The translations under genes were made by a program, and so were the position numbers. Positions 29,557 to 39,070 of a DNA stretch of 64,000 nt are shown piece by piece. Source of the stretch: an uncultured Actinomycetes bacterium (GTDB lineage: Bacteria > Actinomycetota > Thermoleophilia > Gaiellales > JAICJC01); contig CAWEIS010000025.1 of assembly GCA_963809205.1 (NCBI GenBank), forward strand, positions 108,445 to 172,444, in the 5' to 3' direction. Within the stretch, counting starts at the first letter, position 1. Every line of letters starts with the position of its first letter. The notes beneath the pieces are model-generated. The model was not told where the DNA came from and searched no databases. It saw nothing but the letters and a program-made list of their open reading frames with translations.

Positions 29557-30183
29557 GTGGCGGGTGTGATCGAGGACCGCGTGGTGCTCGAGGGGCGCGA
29601 GGTGTGGATCTCGCGGCCGGCCGACAGCGAGGCACTGCTCACCGACGAGGCGTTCGAGCGTGAGGAGTTCCTGCCCTACTGGGCAGACCTCTGGCCGAGC
29701 GCAATCGAGCTGGCGCACGTCGTCGCCCGGTGGGATCTGGCGGCCAGGCGCGTGCTCGAGCTGGGCTGCGGGCTCGCCCTGCCGGGAATCGCCGCCGCAC
29801 TGGGCGGCGGCCGGGTGACCGTCAGCGACTGGGCGCCGGACGCGCTCGGGTTCGCGCGGGCCAACGCCCGGCGAAACGGCGTCGCGCTGGAGGTGGTGGA
29901 GGTGAGCTGGGCCGAGCCGTGGGCGTTGGTCGATGGCGCACCGTGGGACGTCGTGATCGCGGCCGACGTGCTCTACGAGCAGCGCAACGTCGACCAGCTC
30001 CTCGAGCTGCTGCCGCGGCTGGTCGACGGCGGCTCGGTGGTGCTGGCCGATCCCGGCCGCATCCCGGCCCAGCGGTTCCTGCGCGAGGCGGCGGAGGCGT
30101 GGCGGATCGAGACGGCGCAGGACGACGGCTCTCCGATCCGCATCCACACCCTGGTTGCGGCGGGCGCCACCGGCGGGCGATGA
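29557..30183 (+). CDS. class I SAM-dependent methyltransferase (Methyltransf_16 / protein-lysine-MTase-like)
   Basis: 208 aa and intact. The motif I region is RVLELGCGLALPGIAAAL; DVVIAADVLYE follows. Confidence 0.75.
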   Translation: MAGVIEDRVVLEGREVWISRPADSEALLTDEAFEREEFLPYWADLWPSAIELAHVVARWDLAARRVLELGCGLALPGIAAALGGGRVTVSDWAPDALGFARANARRNGVALEVVEVSWAEPWALVDGAPWDVVIAADVLYEQRNVDQLLELLPRLVDGGSVVLADPGRIPAQRFLREAAEAWRIETAQDDGSPIRIHTLVAAGATGGR

Positions 30184-30196
30184 TGCCGTCGCACCG

Positions 30197-31691
30197 GTGA
30201 TCCGCACGATCCCCCACCTGTTCGACGCCGCGGCCGCCGACACGCCCGACCAAGTCTGGCTGCGGTTCGAGGACGAGACCTACACGTTCGAGCAGGCGCG
30301 CGAGCGGATCGGCAGGGCGGCCGCTGCGCTCGCGGCCTCCGGCGCCGGCCCCGGCGATCTTGTGCTGACGGCGCCCCGCAACGTTCCCGAGCACCTGTTC
30401 ACCTGGCTGGCCGTCGGCTACATCGGCGCCATCGTGGTCACCGCCAACCCGCGCAGCAGCGAGGCCGAGCTGGCCGGGCTCGCCGCGCAGGTCGAGCCTC
30501 GTGTTGTCGTCACCGACGACGAGGTGCCGGCGCTGGCCGGCGTCTCGGGCGCGGCATCGATCCCGCTGGCCGGGCTGTTCGCGGAGACGGGAAGCATCGG
30601 TGGCACCGGTCCCGCGGGCGAGGACGACCCGGTCGTGCTGATCCCGACCTCGGGGACGACCGGACGCTCGAAGCTGGTGACGCAGACGCATCGCGCGTAC
30701 GTGATGGCCGGCGAGGGGTTCCCGTGGTGGATGGAGCTGACCGCCGACGACCGGCTGATGACGTCGCTGCCGCTGTTCCACATCAACGCGCCGGCCTACT
30801 ACGGTGCTCGGGTCGGTCGCCGCGCGGGCCGGCCTGGTGCTGCTGCCGCGCTTCTCGGCCAGCCGCTTCCTCGACGACGCGCGCCGCCACGGCGCGACCG
30901 AGTTCAACGCGATCGGCGCGATGCTCGAGATCCTGATGCGCCAGCCCGAGCGCGCCGACGACGCCGACAACCCGCTGCGGCTGTGCTACACCGGCCCGGC
31001 GCCGCCCCGCGAGCGGCAGCTGGAGATCGAGGAGCGGTTCGGGCTGCGCATCGTCTGCGGCTACGCGATGTCGGAGACGCCGTACGGCACGATCTGGGCG
31101 CGCGGCACCCGGCCGTACGGGACGCTCGGCAGCATCCGCCAGCACCCGGAGCTCGGGCGTTGTCAACGAAGGCACGCGAGTCGGTGGACGGCGAGCTGCA
31201 GCTGCGCAACCCGGCCGTCATGCGCGGCTACTGGGGGATGCCCGAGGAGACCGCGCAGGTGCTGCTGTCGACGGCTGGCTGCGCACCGGCGACCTGGTCG
31301 AGCGAGAACGCCGACGGCACCTACACGTTCCTCGGCAGGCTGCAAGGAGGTGATCCGCCGGCGCGGCGAGAACCTCTCGCCGGCCGAGGTCGAGGAGGCG
31401 CTGGCCGATCATCCCGACGTGCTCGAGGTGGCCGTCGTCGGCGTGCCGTCGGAGCTGTCCGAGGAGGAGATCAAGGCGTTCCTGCTGGTCGCCGATCCGG
31501 CCGAGGCCGACCTGGCTGCGATCCGCGAGCACGCCGCCGCGAGCCTGGCGCCGTTCAAGGTGCCGCGCTATCTCGAGGCGGTCGCCGAGCTGCCGCACAC
31601 GCCGACCGGGCGGATCGCCAAGCACCAGCTGAGCCGTGAGCGCAACGACCACGAGGTCGACTTCGACGCGGCGCGGGCGGGCGGCCGGTGA
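30197..31691 (+). pseudogene. AMP-dependent acyl-CoA synthetase/ligase, about seven inserted bases
   Basis: Motifs are split over three frames. They are LIPTSGTTGRSKLV, FHINAPAYY / VLGSVAARAGLVLLPRFSASRF, CGYAMSETP and VVNEGTRV / VDGELQLRNPAVMRGYWGMPEETAQVLL. They continue with DGWLRTGDLVE / ENADGTYTFLGRL / KEVIRRRGENLSPAEVE...PRTPTGRIAK. Length is 1495 = 3x496 + 7. Confidence 0.85.
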
Positions 31692-32506
31692 GCGACTGGG
31701 TGCAGACCGACATCGGCAAGGCCGAGCCCGACGCGATCATCATCCGCGGCCGCGACCTGGCGGGCGAGCTGATGGGCGAGGTGACGTTCACCGAGCTGGC
31801 GTTCCTGCTCGTCCAGGGCCGCGAGGCGACGCCCGGCCAGACGGCGCTGCTCGACGCGGTGCTGGTGTCGCTGGCCGACCACGGGCTGACGCCGACGGCG
31901 CTGGCCGCGCGGCTGACCTACACGGGGGCGCCGGAGTCGCTGCAGGGCGCCGTGGCCGCGGGTCTGCTGGGCGCCGGCACGGTCTTCCTCGGCGTGGTCG
32001 AGGACACCGCCGCGTTCCTCGAGCCGGTGGTCGCCGAGGCGGGCGGGGCGGACGCGACCGACGATCGGCTGGGCGCGGCGGCGCGGGCCGCCGTCGAGGT
32101 GCGCCTGGCGGAGGGCGGGCGGATCCCCGGGCTCGGCCACCCGGTGCACAAGCAGGTCGACCCGCGCACGCCGCGGATGTACGAGATCGCCGAGCAGCAC
32201 GGGGTGCTCGGCCCGCACCTGCGCGCCCTGCGGCTGGTCGCCGACGCGCACCGCGAGCTGTCCGGGCGGGCGCTGCCGATCAACGGCGCGGGCGTCGGCG
32301 GCGCGGCGCTGGCCGACCTCGGCTTCCCGCCGCGCATCGTCCGCGGCTTCGCTCTGATCGCCCGCACCGCCGGCCTGGTCGCCCACCTGGCGGAGGAGAT
32401 GGACCATCCGCTGGGCATGCCGCTGTTCCTCGAGGTCGACCGCCGCGCCTCCGGCTCTGACCCGGGTCAGAGCGGGGTCAGACCCCGAGGGGCGAGCAGC
32501 GCCTAA
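31688..32506 (+). CDS. citryl-CoA lyase-like protein (short citrate-synthase-superfamily member)
   Basis: 272 aa with GRIPGLGHPVHKQVDPRTPRM and LPINGAGVGGAALADLG. The GTG start overlaps the upstream stop. The last 17 codons run through two palindromes. Confidence 0.7.
   Translation: MSDWVQTDIGKAEPDAIIIRGRDLAGELMGEVTFTELAFLLVQGREATPGQTALLDAVLVSLADHGLTPTALAARLTYTGAPESLQGAVAAGLLGAGTVFLGVVEDTAAFLEPVVAEAGGADATDDRLGAAARAAVEVRLAEGGRIPGLGHPVHKQVDPRTPRMYEIAEQHGVLGPHLRALRLVADAHRELSGRALPINGAGVGGAALADLGFPPRIVRGFALIARTAGLVAHLAEEMDHPLGMPLFLEVDRRASGSDPGQSGVRPRGASSA
32455..32487. repeat. two adjacent perfect palindromes CTCTGACCCGGGTCAGAG and CGGGGTCAGACCCCG
   Basis: Read directly: 32455-32472 (9+9) and 32473-32487 (7+1+7). 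The second carries the GGGGTCNGACCCC core. They lie just before the TAA at 32504-32506. Confidence 0.7.
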
Positions 32507-32516
32507 GCTTCCGGCG

Positions 32517-33080
32517 ATGGGCTGGGTTGATCCGACGCAGGAGTTCGACGACATCCAAGCCTGGTTCGAGGAACGCAACCTCGAGCTGGAGCTGTTCGAG
32601 CGCGAGGGCGGCCGCTGGCGCGCCATCGTCAGCCCGGTCGGCGAGTCGAAGGGCGTGGGCGAGTTCATCGATGGGCTCGACCGGCTGGACGCGGCCCGCA
32701 AGGCGCAGCGGCGCTACTCCACGCGGCAGCTGCGCGTGGCGATGGACGGCCTGGCGAAGGTCGCGCAGTCCGACGTCGTCCAGCTGCTCGCGGCCGAGAT
32801 GCTGCTGGCACGGCTGCCGATCGGCCGCGGCCGGGCCGGCCGGCGGATGGTCGTCGCTTCCGCGGTGTGGATGCTCGACCCCGACCGGCGGAAGGCCACG
32901 CGCACCGTCGGCCGGGTCGCCGGCGACTGGGCGAAGGTGCGGCTGCGCGAGGGCTCGACGCCGTCGAAGCCGTCGACCCTGCCGCCGGTCAGCCAGGAGG
33001 CGGTGCTGGGCGCGGCGGAGAAGGGTCTGGGCCTGCTCCGCGACCGGATCGCGAAGTCGAACGACAGGAGGCAGCGATGA
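32517..33080 (+). CDS. hypothetical protein
   Basis: 187-aa ORF with ordinary composition. Its stop overlaps the msrB start (ATGA). I do not recognise any family. Confidence 0.55.
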   Translation: MGWVDPTQEFDDIQAWFEERNLELELFEREGGRWRAIVSPVGESKGVGEFIDGLDRLDAARKAQRRYSTRQLRVAMDGLAKVAQSDVVQLLAAEMLLARLPIGRGRAGRRMVVASAVWMLDPDRRKATRTVGRVAGDWAKVRLREGSTPSKPSTLPPVSQEAVLGAAEKGLGLLRDRIAKSNDRRQR

Positions 33081-33478
33081 CAGACGACGTCGCACTGACC
33101 GACGCCGAGTGGCGCGAGCGGCTGACGCCAGAGCAGTACGACGTGCTGCGGGGCAGGGGCACCGAGCGGCCGTTCAGCGGCACCTACGTGCACTCCAAGG
33201 AGCACGGCACCTACAACTGCGCCGCCTGCGGCGCCGAGCTGTTCTCGTCGGAGACCAAGTTCGAGTCGGGCACCGGCTGGCCGAGCTTCACCGAGCCGGC
33301 GGACCGCGAGAACGTGGAACTCCACGAGGACCGCTCGCACGGCATGGCGCGCACCGAGGTCACGTGCAAGCGCTGCGGCTCCCACCTCGGCCACGTCTTC
33401 CCAGACGGCCCGCGGGATGCGGGCGGGATGCGCTATTGCATCAACTCCGTGGCGCTCCAGCTGGAGCCCGATTCGTGA
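33077..33478 (+). CDS. msrB: peptide-methionine (R)-S-oxide reductase
   Basis: ATG at 33077 with AGGAGG upstream. Zinc CxxC pairs are present ([21 protein letters not shown]), together with the catalytic RYCINS. Confidence 0.92.
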   Translation: MTDDVALTDAEWRERLTPEQYDVLRGRGTERPFSGTYVHSKEHGTYNCAACGAELFSSETKFESGTGWPSFTEPADRENVELHEDRSHGMARTEVTCKRCGSHLGHVFPDGPRDAGGMRYCINSVALQLEPDS

Positions 33479-33482
33479 CGCT

Positions 33483-33500
33483 CGAAACGTAAGCGTTTCG
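33483..33500 (+). terminator. hairpin CGAAACG-taag-CGTTTCG downstream of msrB
   Basis: 7-bp stem with a 4-nt loop, starting 5 nt after the stop and followed by TTCGG. The U-tract is weak. Confidence 0.4.
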
Positions 33501-33576
33501 TTCGGAAACCGGTCAAGTGATTGACCGCACACGCGGCCTCGCCTATCTCGTGATCAAGGCCGAGAAGGGGGTCAAC

Positions 33577-33753
33577 ATGACGGTCACACACAGGGTTGGG
33601 GCAATAGACGGGAGCGCCCGCTCCCAGATGGAAGATCGCAAGGCGGCGGCGATGCTGCGGCGGCAGGCGTTTATCGCCGGCAAGGCCGGGCAGACGGGGG
33701 ACTTCCGCCGGTTCGACGTGCTGCTCGCCCGCCGGATCATCGCAGCGGGCTGA
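33577..33753 (+). CDS. small hypothetical protein (58 aa)
   Basis: ATG at 33577 is preceded by AAGGGGG. No family recognised, so coding status is uncertain. Confidence 0.35.
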   Translation: MTVTHRVGAIDGSARSQMEDRKAAAMLRRQAFIAGKAGQTGDFRRFDVLLARRIIAAG

Positions 33754-33759
33754 CGCAGG

Positions 33760-35283
33760 TCAGCTCGGGCCGAGCGAGCGCACCATCTCGAGGGTGTCCG
33801 CCTCGTCGGCCCGCTTGTCATCGCGGTAGCGCAGGACCCGGGCGAAGCGGAGGGTGACGCCGCCCGGGTAGCGGGAGCTCTGCTGGACGCCGTCGAAGGC
33901 GATCTCGGCCACCAGCTCCGGCCGCACGTGCACGGCGATGCCCTCGCGGCCGGTCTCCAGCGCGAGCAGCTGCTCGGTCTGCCAGGCGAGCATCTCGTCG
34001 GTCAGGCCCTTGAACGTCTTGCCCAGCATCACGAAGCCGTCGCCGTCGCGGGCGCCGAGGTGCAGGTTGCTCAGCTTGCCGCGCCGCCGACCGTGGCCCC
34101 ACTCTGCCGCCAGCACCACCAGGTCGAGCGTATGCCGCGGCTTCACCTTGATCCAGCCGGCGCCCCGCCGGCCCGCCTCGTACGGGACGTCCAGCGCCTT
34201 GACCAGCACGCCTTCGTGCCCGCGGGCCAGCGCGTCGCGCTGGAAGGCCTCGGCCTCGGCCGGGTCGGCGGTCACGATCCGCGGCACCCGCAGCTGGTCG
34301 GGCAGCACGGCGGCCATCAGCTCCGCGCGCTCGCTGCCGGGCAGGTCGAGCAGGTGGCGGCCGTCCAGGTGCAGGACGTCGAAGTAGAGCGGCGTCAGCG
34401 GCAGCTCGCGGCGCAGCTCCTCGCTCGGCGCCCGCCGCCCGAAGCGCGACGCCGTCACCTGGAACGGGTGCGGCCGGCCGTCCTCGCGCAGCACGATGGC
34501 CTCGCCGTCCAGCACGATCGACGTGGCCGGCAGCGCCAGCACGCGCTCGACGATCTCCGGTACGCGGCTGGTGACGTCGTCCAGGCTGCGGGTGTAGACG
34601 CCGACTTCTCCGCCGTCGCGGTGCACCTGGATGCGGGCGCCGTCCAGCTTCCACTCGACCGCCGCCGGCAGGATCCGCTCGAGCGCGCCGGCCAGGTCGG
34701 GCGCCGTCCCCGCGAGCATCGGCAGCACCGGCCGGCCCACCTGGAGCTCGACGGCCCGCAGACCCTCGGCGCCCTGCTCGCGGGCGATCGCCGCGGCCTC
34801 GCCGGGGTCGCCCAGCAGCATCAGCGCGCGGCGCACGTCCGCCTGCTTGATCCTGAACGCGGCGGCGATGGCGTCCGCTGCGACCGCCCGCAGCGCACCC
34901 TGCCGCACGTCGCCGGTGATCAGCGCGCGCAGGAACGCCTGCTCGGGCTCGGTCGCGCGGCTGAACAGGTCGTCGACCGCCTCCCGCCGTGCCGCCGCCG
35001 AGCCGCTGCCGGACAGCGCGGCCACGTGGTCGAACGCGGCGTCGACGTCCATCACCTCGAGCGACGGCTGCGCCGCGGGCGGCGGCAGCTCGCGGAGCGT
35101 CGCCCAGCCGACACCGAGCGGCCGCTGGCGCGGCTCGCCCGCCAGGAAGCCGACGCCGGCCCGCGTCTCGCCCTCCGGCAGGCCGGCAAAGCACTCCGCC
35201 AGCAACGCCACCTTCTCCTTGCGGGACGAGGTGGCGGCGACGGCGTTTGATGTCTCGACAACGGTCGCGAACCGCATCGACAC
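33760..35283 (-). CDS. ATP-dependent DNA ligase (Lig1/LigB-type, three-domain)
   Basis: 507 aa. Motif I is EWKLDGARIQVH, motif III is LDGEAIVL, motif IV is EGVLVKAL and motif V is WIKVKP. The C-terminal OB fold includes FARVLRYRDDK. Confidence 0.92.
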   Translation of the reverse strand: MSMRFATVVETSNAVAATSSRKEKVALLAECFAGLPEGETRAGVGFLAGEPRQRPLGVGWATLRELPPPAAQPSLEVMDVDAAFDHVAALSGSGSAAARREAVDDLFSRATEPEQAFLRALITGDVRQGALRAVAADAIAAAFRIKQADVRRALMLLGDPGEAAAIAREQGAEGLRAVELQVGRPVLPMLAGTAPDLAGALERILPAAVEWKLDGARIQVHRDGGEVGVYTRSLDDVTSRVPEIVERVLALPATSIVLDGEAIVLREDGRPHPFQVTASRFGRRAPSEELRRELPLTPLYFDVLHLDGRHLLDLPGSERAELMAAVLPDQLRVPRIVTADPAEAEAFQRDALARGHEGVLVKALDVPYEAGRRGAGWIKVKPRHTLDLVVLAAEWGHGRRRGKLSNLHLGARDGDGFVMLGKTFKGLTDEMLAWQTEQLLALETGREGIAVHVRPELVAEIAFDGVQQSSRYPGGVTLRFARVLRYRDDKRADEADTLEMVRSLGPS

Positions 35284-35398
35284 CCGAGGGTAACCGGATG
35301 TTCATGCGCGGGCAACGTCCGGCCGATATCCTGAAGTGGACACCCGTGCACGCGTGCGCAGGTCCGGCACAGCCCCAGCACGGGCATCCCTCGACACC

Positions 35399-36721
35399 AT
35401 GAAGAACTCCTCGCTGAACACTCCCGTGAATCGTCTTGCCCTGTCTCAGGGCGTCGCCTACGCCGGCCGCGGCGCGGCGATGACCGCCCTGATCTGGGTG
35501 CTGTACGAGTCGACCGGCTCCGCCTGGTGGGTGTCGGGCGCGATGCTGGCCGTGTTCGGCGTCTCGACGGCCGTATCGCCGTGGTCCGGCCACGTCGGCG
35601 ACCGCCACGACCGGCGCGTGGTGGTGCTGGCGTCCGCGCTGTTCGCCGCGTTCGGCTTCGCCGCGTGCGCCGTGCTGTCCGAGCTCAGCCTGACGCTGCC
35701 GATCATCGCCGTCATGGTGCTCGCCGCCTCGACGCAGGGCGCGCTGTCGGCCGCCGTCACCGGCGCCATCCCGGCGCTGGTCGCCGAGGAGGATCTGAGC
35801 GGCGCCAACGGCGTCGCCGGCGCGTTCAAGAGCGCCGGTTTCATGCTCGGCCCCGGGCTGGGCGGCGCGCTGCTGGCCGTCGTCGGACCAGCCGGCGTCT
35901 TCGCCGCCAGCGCCCTGCTGCTGCTCGGCGCCGTGGCCAGCGTCTGGCGGCTGCCGGGGACGTTCCGCGCGCAGCCGCATCCGGAGCACGGCGTGGGCAG
36001 CAGCCTCGACGGCTACCGCCGCCTGATCCGCGACCCCTGGCTGCGGCTGCTGACGATCGCCTGGACGATCGTGATGATCGCCGTCGGCCCGGTGATCGTG
36101 GCCGAGGTGGTGCTGGCTGAGCAGTTCGCAGTCGGCTCGATCGGCTACGGGCTGATCGCCGTCTTCTGGGACGGAGGCGGTGTGATCGGTGCGCTGATCG
36201 GCCGCCGCATCCCGCGCAGCCTCGAGCGGCTTGCGATCGTCGGCGGGTGCGTGGCGATCGCCTTCGGCTTCGCCGTGGTCGGTCTGGCGCCGGTGTTCTG
36301 GCCGGTGCTGCTCGGCATGTTCACAGCCGGGCTGTTCGACGCCTTCGGTACCGTTGCCGCGCAGAACCTGATCCAGCGGCGGACTCCCGATCACCTTCGC
36401 TCGCGGGTGTCGGCCGCCCTCGACGCCGTAGTGGTCGGCGCCATGTCGCTGTCCTTCGCGCTGGGCGCTCCGCTGGTCGAGCTGCTCGGGCCCCAGGGCG
36501 TGTACCTGGCGGCCGCGGTGGCCTCCCTGGTCGGCGCGGGACTGCTCGTCCCGACCCTGCGCGGCACCCCGGTGCCGACCTTCGTGGCGGGCAGCCGCGC
36601 CGCCGTCACGGCGCGCGTCCGGCGCCCGGAGAGGGCGACGCCACCGCACGCGCACGAGCCTCGCGGAGGCCGGATGCGTCGCCTCGGCAGGCGATCGTTG
36701 CGCCGCCGTTCGGAACGGTGA
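35399..36721 (+). CDS. MFS transporter
   Basis: ATG at 35399. About 12 hydrophobic segments with a basic C-terminal tail. Confidence 0.75.
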   Translation: MKNSSLNTPVNRLALSQGVAYAGRGAAMTALIWVLYESTGSAWWVSGAMLAVFGVSTAVSPWSGHVGDRHDRRVVVLASALFAAFGFAACAVLSELSLTLPIIAVMVLAASTQGALSAAVTGAIPALVAEEDLSGANGVAGAFKSAGFMLGPGLGGALLAVVGPAGVFAASALLLLGAVASVWRLPGTFRAQPHPEHGVGSSLDGYRRLIRDPWLRLLTIAWTIVMIAVGPVIVAEVVLAEQFAVGSIGYGLIAVFWDGGGVIGALIGRRIPRSLERLAIVGGCVAIAFGFAVVGLAPVFWPVLLGMFTAGLFDAFGTVAAQNLIQRRTPDHLRSRVSAALDAVVVGAMSLSFALGAPLVELLGPQGVYLAAAVASLVGAGLLVPTLRGTPVPTFVAGSRAAVTARVRRPERATPPHAHEPRGGRMRRLGRRSLRRRSER

Positions 36722-36766
36722 CGATCCTGTAAGAAACCTTCGCGGCGTTCGCGAACCGTTGCTAGG

Positions 36767-39067
36767 GTGGCGGCCATGAGCCTCGAAGAGCAACGCTCCA
36801 GACTGGAGGAAGAGCGCCGGATTGCGAACGCCGGCGGGCTGGCGCGCTGGGCCCGCGGATGCGCCACGCACCCCTGGCGAGTGGTCTTCGGCTGGCTCGG
36901 TGCGACCGTGCTCCTGATCGTCCTCGTCGCCGGTTTCCACGGGTCGCTGGCCAACGAGTTCTCGGTGCCGGGCACCGACTTCCAGAAGGCGACCGATCTG
37001 ATCAAGGCGAAGTTCGGCGCCCAGGACGGCGCCGCTCTGCGCGTGGTCATGGCCGCACCGCCGGGCGAGTCGCTGGATACGCCCGAGCGCAAGGCCGCGG
37101 TCGCCAAGATGGTGCAGATCGCGACGGACGGCGAGAAGTCGCTGGACAAGAATGCGGACAACGCGGGCTCGATCAAGGACCCGCTCGCGGCCGACTCGGG
37201 GCAGCTCTCGGACAGCGGCCGCGTCGCCTTCTTCGACGCGCAGTTCGACCAGACCGGATTCCAGCTGCCGCGCAACGACGTGGTCGATCTCGAGGATCAG
37301 CTGCGTGCCGCCGGCGAATCGGCGGGCATCCAGGTCGAGTTCACCGGCGAGGCCGAGAGCCCGCCGCCGGAGACCGGATCGAGCGAGATCATCGGGCTGA
37401 TCGTCGCCTTCTTCATCCTGATGGTGCTGTTCCGCGCGCTGGTGCCGTCGCTGATCCCGCTGCTGTTCGCCGTGGTGGCGGTGGCGTCCGCGTTCCTGCT
37501 GCTGTACCTGGCAGCCCGGCTCTCGGACTTCAACACGATCACGCCGATCCTGGTGTCGATGATCGGCCTCGGCGTGGGCATCGACTACACGCTGTTCATC
37601 GTCACCAGATTCCGCCAGATGCTGCACGACGGGCTGACACCCCCCGAGGCCGCGGCCGCCGCCGGTGCCACCGCCGGGCGGGCCGTGATCTTCGCGGGCA
37701 CCACGGTTGCGATCTCGATCACCGGCCTGGCCTTCATCGGCATCGACTTCATCACCAAGCTCGGCGTCGGCAGCGCCCTGGGCGTCCTCACCGCGGTGAT
37801 CCTGGCCAACACGCTGCTGCCCGCCATCCTGTCGCTGCTCGGCCACAAGATCGATCGCGGCCGGCTGGGCATGAAGGCCGCCGACGAGTCACGCGAGGGC
37901 CAGTCCCGGACGCTGGTCGCCCGGTGGGGCCGGTTCGTCACGCGCAACGCCAGGTTCGTGCTGCCGGCCGTCCTGGTCGTGCTGTGCATCCTCGCCTTCC
38001 CGGTGCTCAGCGTGCGCCTCGGCCTGGCGGACTCGAGCACCGCGCCGAAGCAGCAGACCACGCGCCAGGCGTACGACCTGCTGTCCGGCAAGGACGGCTT
38101 CGGCCCGGGCTTCACCTCGCCGATCCCGGTCGTGGTGGACATGCGCGACGACGCGCAGTCGGCATCCGACCTGGAGGCGGCCATCAAGCAGGTGCCCGGC
38201 GTCGCCCAGGTGGTCGCGCCGATCTACAACACCAAGGACAACACGCCGAACGGCGCCAGCGTCGCCATCATCAACGCCTACTCGAAGTACGCGCCTCAGG
38301 ACGCGAAGACCGACGACATCGTGTCCGAGCTGCGCGACACCACGATCCCGAACACGCTGCAGGGGTCGAGCGCGCAGGCGTACGTGTCCGGCCAGAACGC
38401 GGCCTTCACCGACATCGGCGACCGCATCCTGTCCAACTCGCCGAAGTTCCTGCTGTACATCATCGGCGTCACCTTCGTGCTGCTGGCGATGGCGTTCCGC
38501 TCGATCGTCGTCGCGGTGAAGGCCGCGCTGACGACGCTGATCTCGGCGCTGGTCGGCTTCGGCGTGCTGGTGTTCGTCGTTCAGATGGGCCACGGCATGG
38601 GGGTGATCGGGCTCGACCGCACCGGGCCGATCGAGAGCTTCGTGCCGCCGATCGCGTTCGCGATCATCTTCGGCCTGTCGATGGACTACGAGGTGTTCCT
38701 GATGAGCCGCATCCGCGAGGAGCACGTGCACGGGGCGGACACGCTGAACGCCGTGCGCGACGGCGTCTCCGGCGTCGGCAGGGTGATCGTGGCCGCGGCG
38801 CTGATCATGGCCACCGTGTTCTTCGCGTTCATGCTGAACCCCGACCGGGTGACCAAGGAGTTCGGGCTGCTGCTTGGCGTGGCCATCCTGACCGACGCAT
38901 TGCTGGTGCGGATGACGCTGGTGCCGTCGTTGCTGACGCTGCTCGGCGAGCGCTCCTGGGCGATGCCCGGCTGGCTCGATCGCATCCTGCCGAACCTGAC
39001 GATCGAGCCGCCGTCCGAGCGGTCCGGCGGCCCCACGCCAGAGCCGGCGCCGGCCGCCGGCGATTAG
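36767..39067 (+). CDS. MMPL-family RND-superfamily membrane transporter
   Basis: 766 aa. Two repeats of a periplasmic domain plus a 6-TM bundle, with GVGIDYTLFIVTRFRQ and GLSMDYEVFLMSRIREE as the conserved MMPL motifs. Confidence 0.9.
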   Translation: MAAMSLEEQRSRLEEERRIANAGGLARWARGCATHPWRVVFGWLGATVLLIVLVAGFHGSLANEFSVPGTDFQKATDLIKAKFGAQDGAALRVVMAAPPGESLDTPERKAAVAKMVQIATDGEKSLDKNADNAGSIKDPLAADSGQLSDSGRVAFFDAQFDQTGFQLPRNDVVDLEDQLRAAGESAGIQVEFTGEAESPPPETGSSEIIGLIVAFFILMVLFRALVPSLIPLLFAVVAVASAFLLLYLAARLSDFNTITPILVSMIGLGVGIDYTLFIVTRFRQMLHDGLTPPEAAAAAGATAGRAVIFAGTTVAISITGLAFIGIDFITKLGVGSALGVLTAVILANTLLPAILSLLGHKIDRGRLGMKAADESREGQSRTLVARWGRFVTRNARFVLPAVLVVLCILAFPVLSVRLGLADSSTAPKQQTTRQAYDLLSGKDGFGPGFTSPIPVVVDMRDDAQSASDLEAAIKQVPGVAQVVAPIYNTKDNTPNGASVAIINAYSKYAPQDAKTDDIVSELRDTTIPNTLQGSSAQAYVSGQNAAFTDIGDRILSNSPKFLLYIIGVTFVLLAMAFRSIVVAVKAALTTLISALVGFGVLVFVVQMGHGMGVIGLDRTGPIESFVPPIAFAIIFGLSMDYEVFLMSRIREEHVHGADTLNAVRDGVSGVGRVIVAAALIMATVFFAFMLNPDRVTKEFGLLLGVAILTDALLVRMTLVPSLLTLLGERSWAMPGWLDRILPNLTIEPPSERSGGPTPEPAPAAGD

Positions 39068-39070
39068 GGA

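Noticed and set aside
33818-37846. 1342-aa ORF on the minus strand
   Set aside because: It spans the DNA ligase in a different frame and runs antisense to the MFS and MMPL genes. The composition is dominated by R, G, A, P, D and H repeats, so it is an artefact of GC richness.
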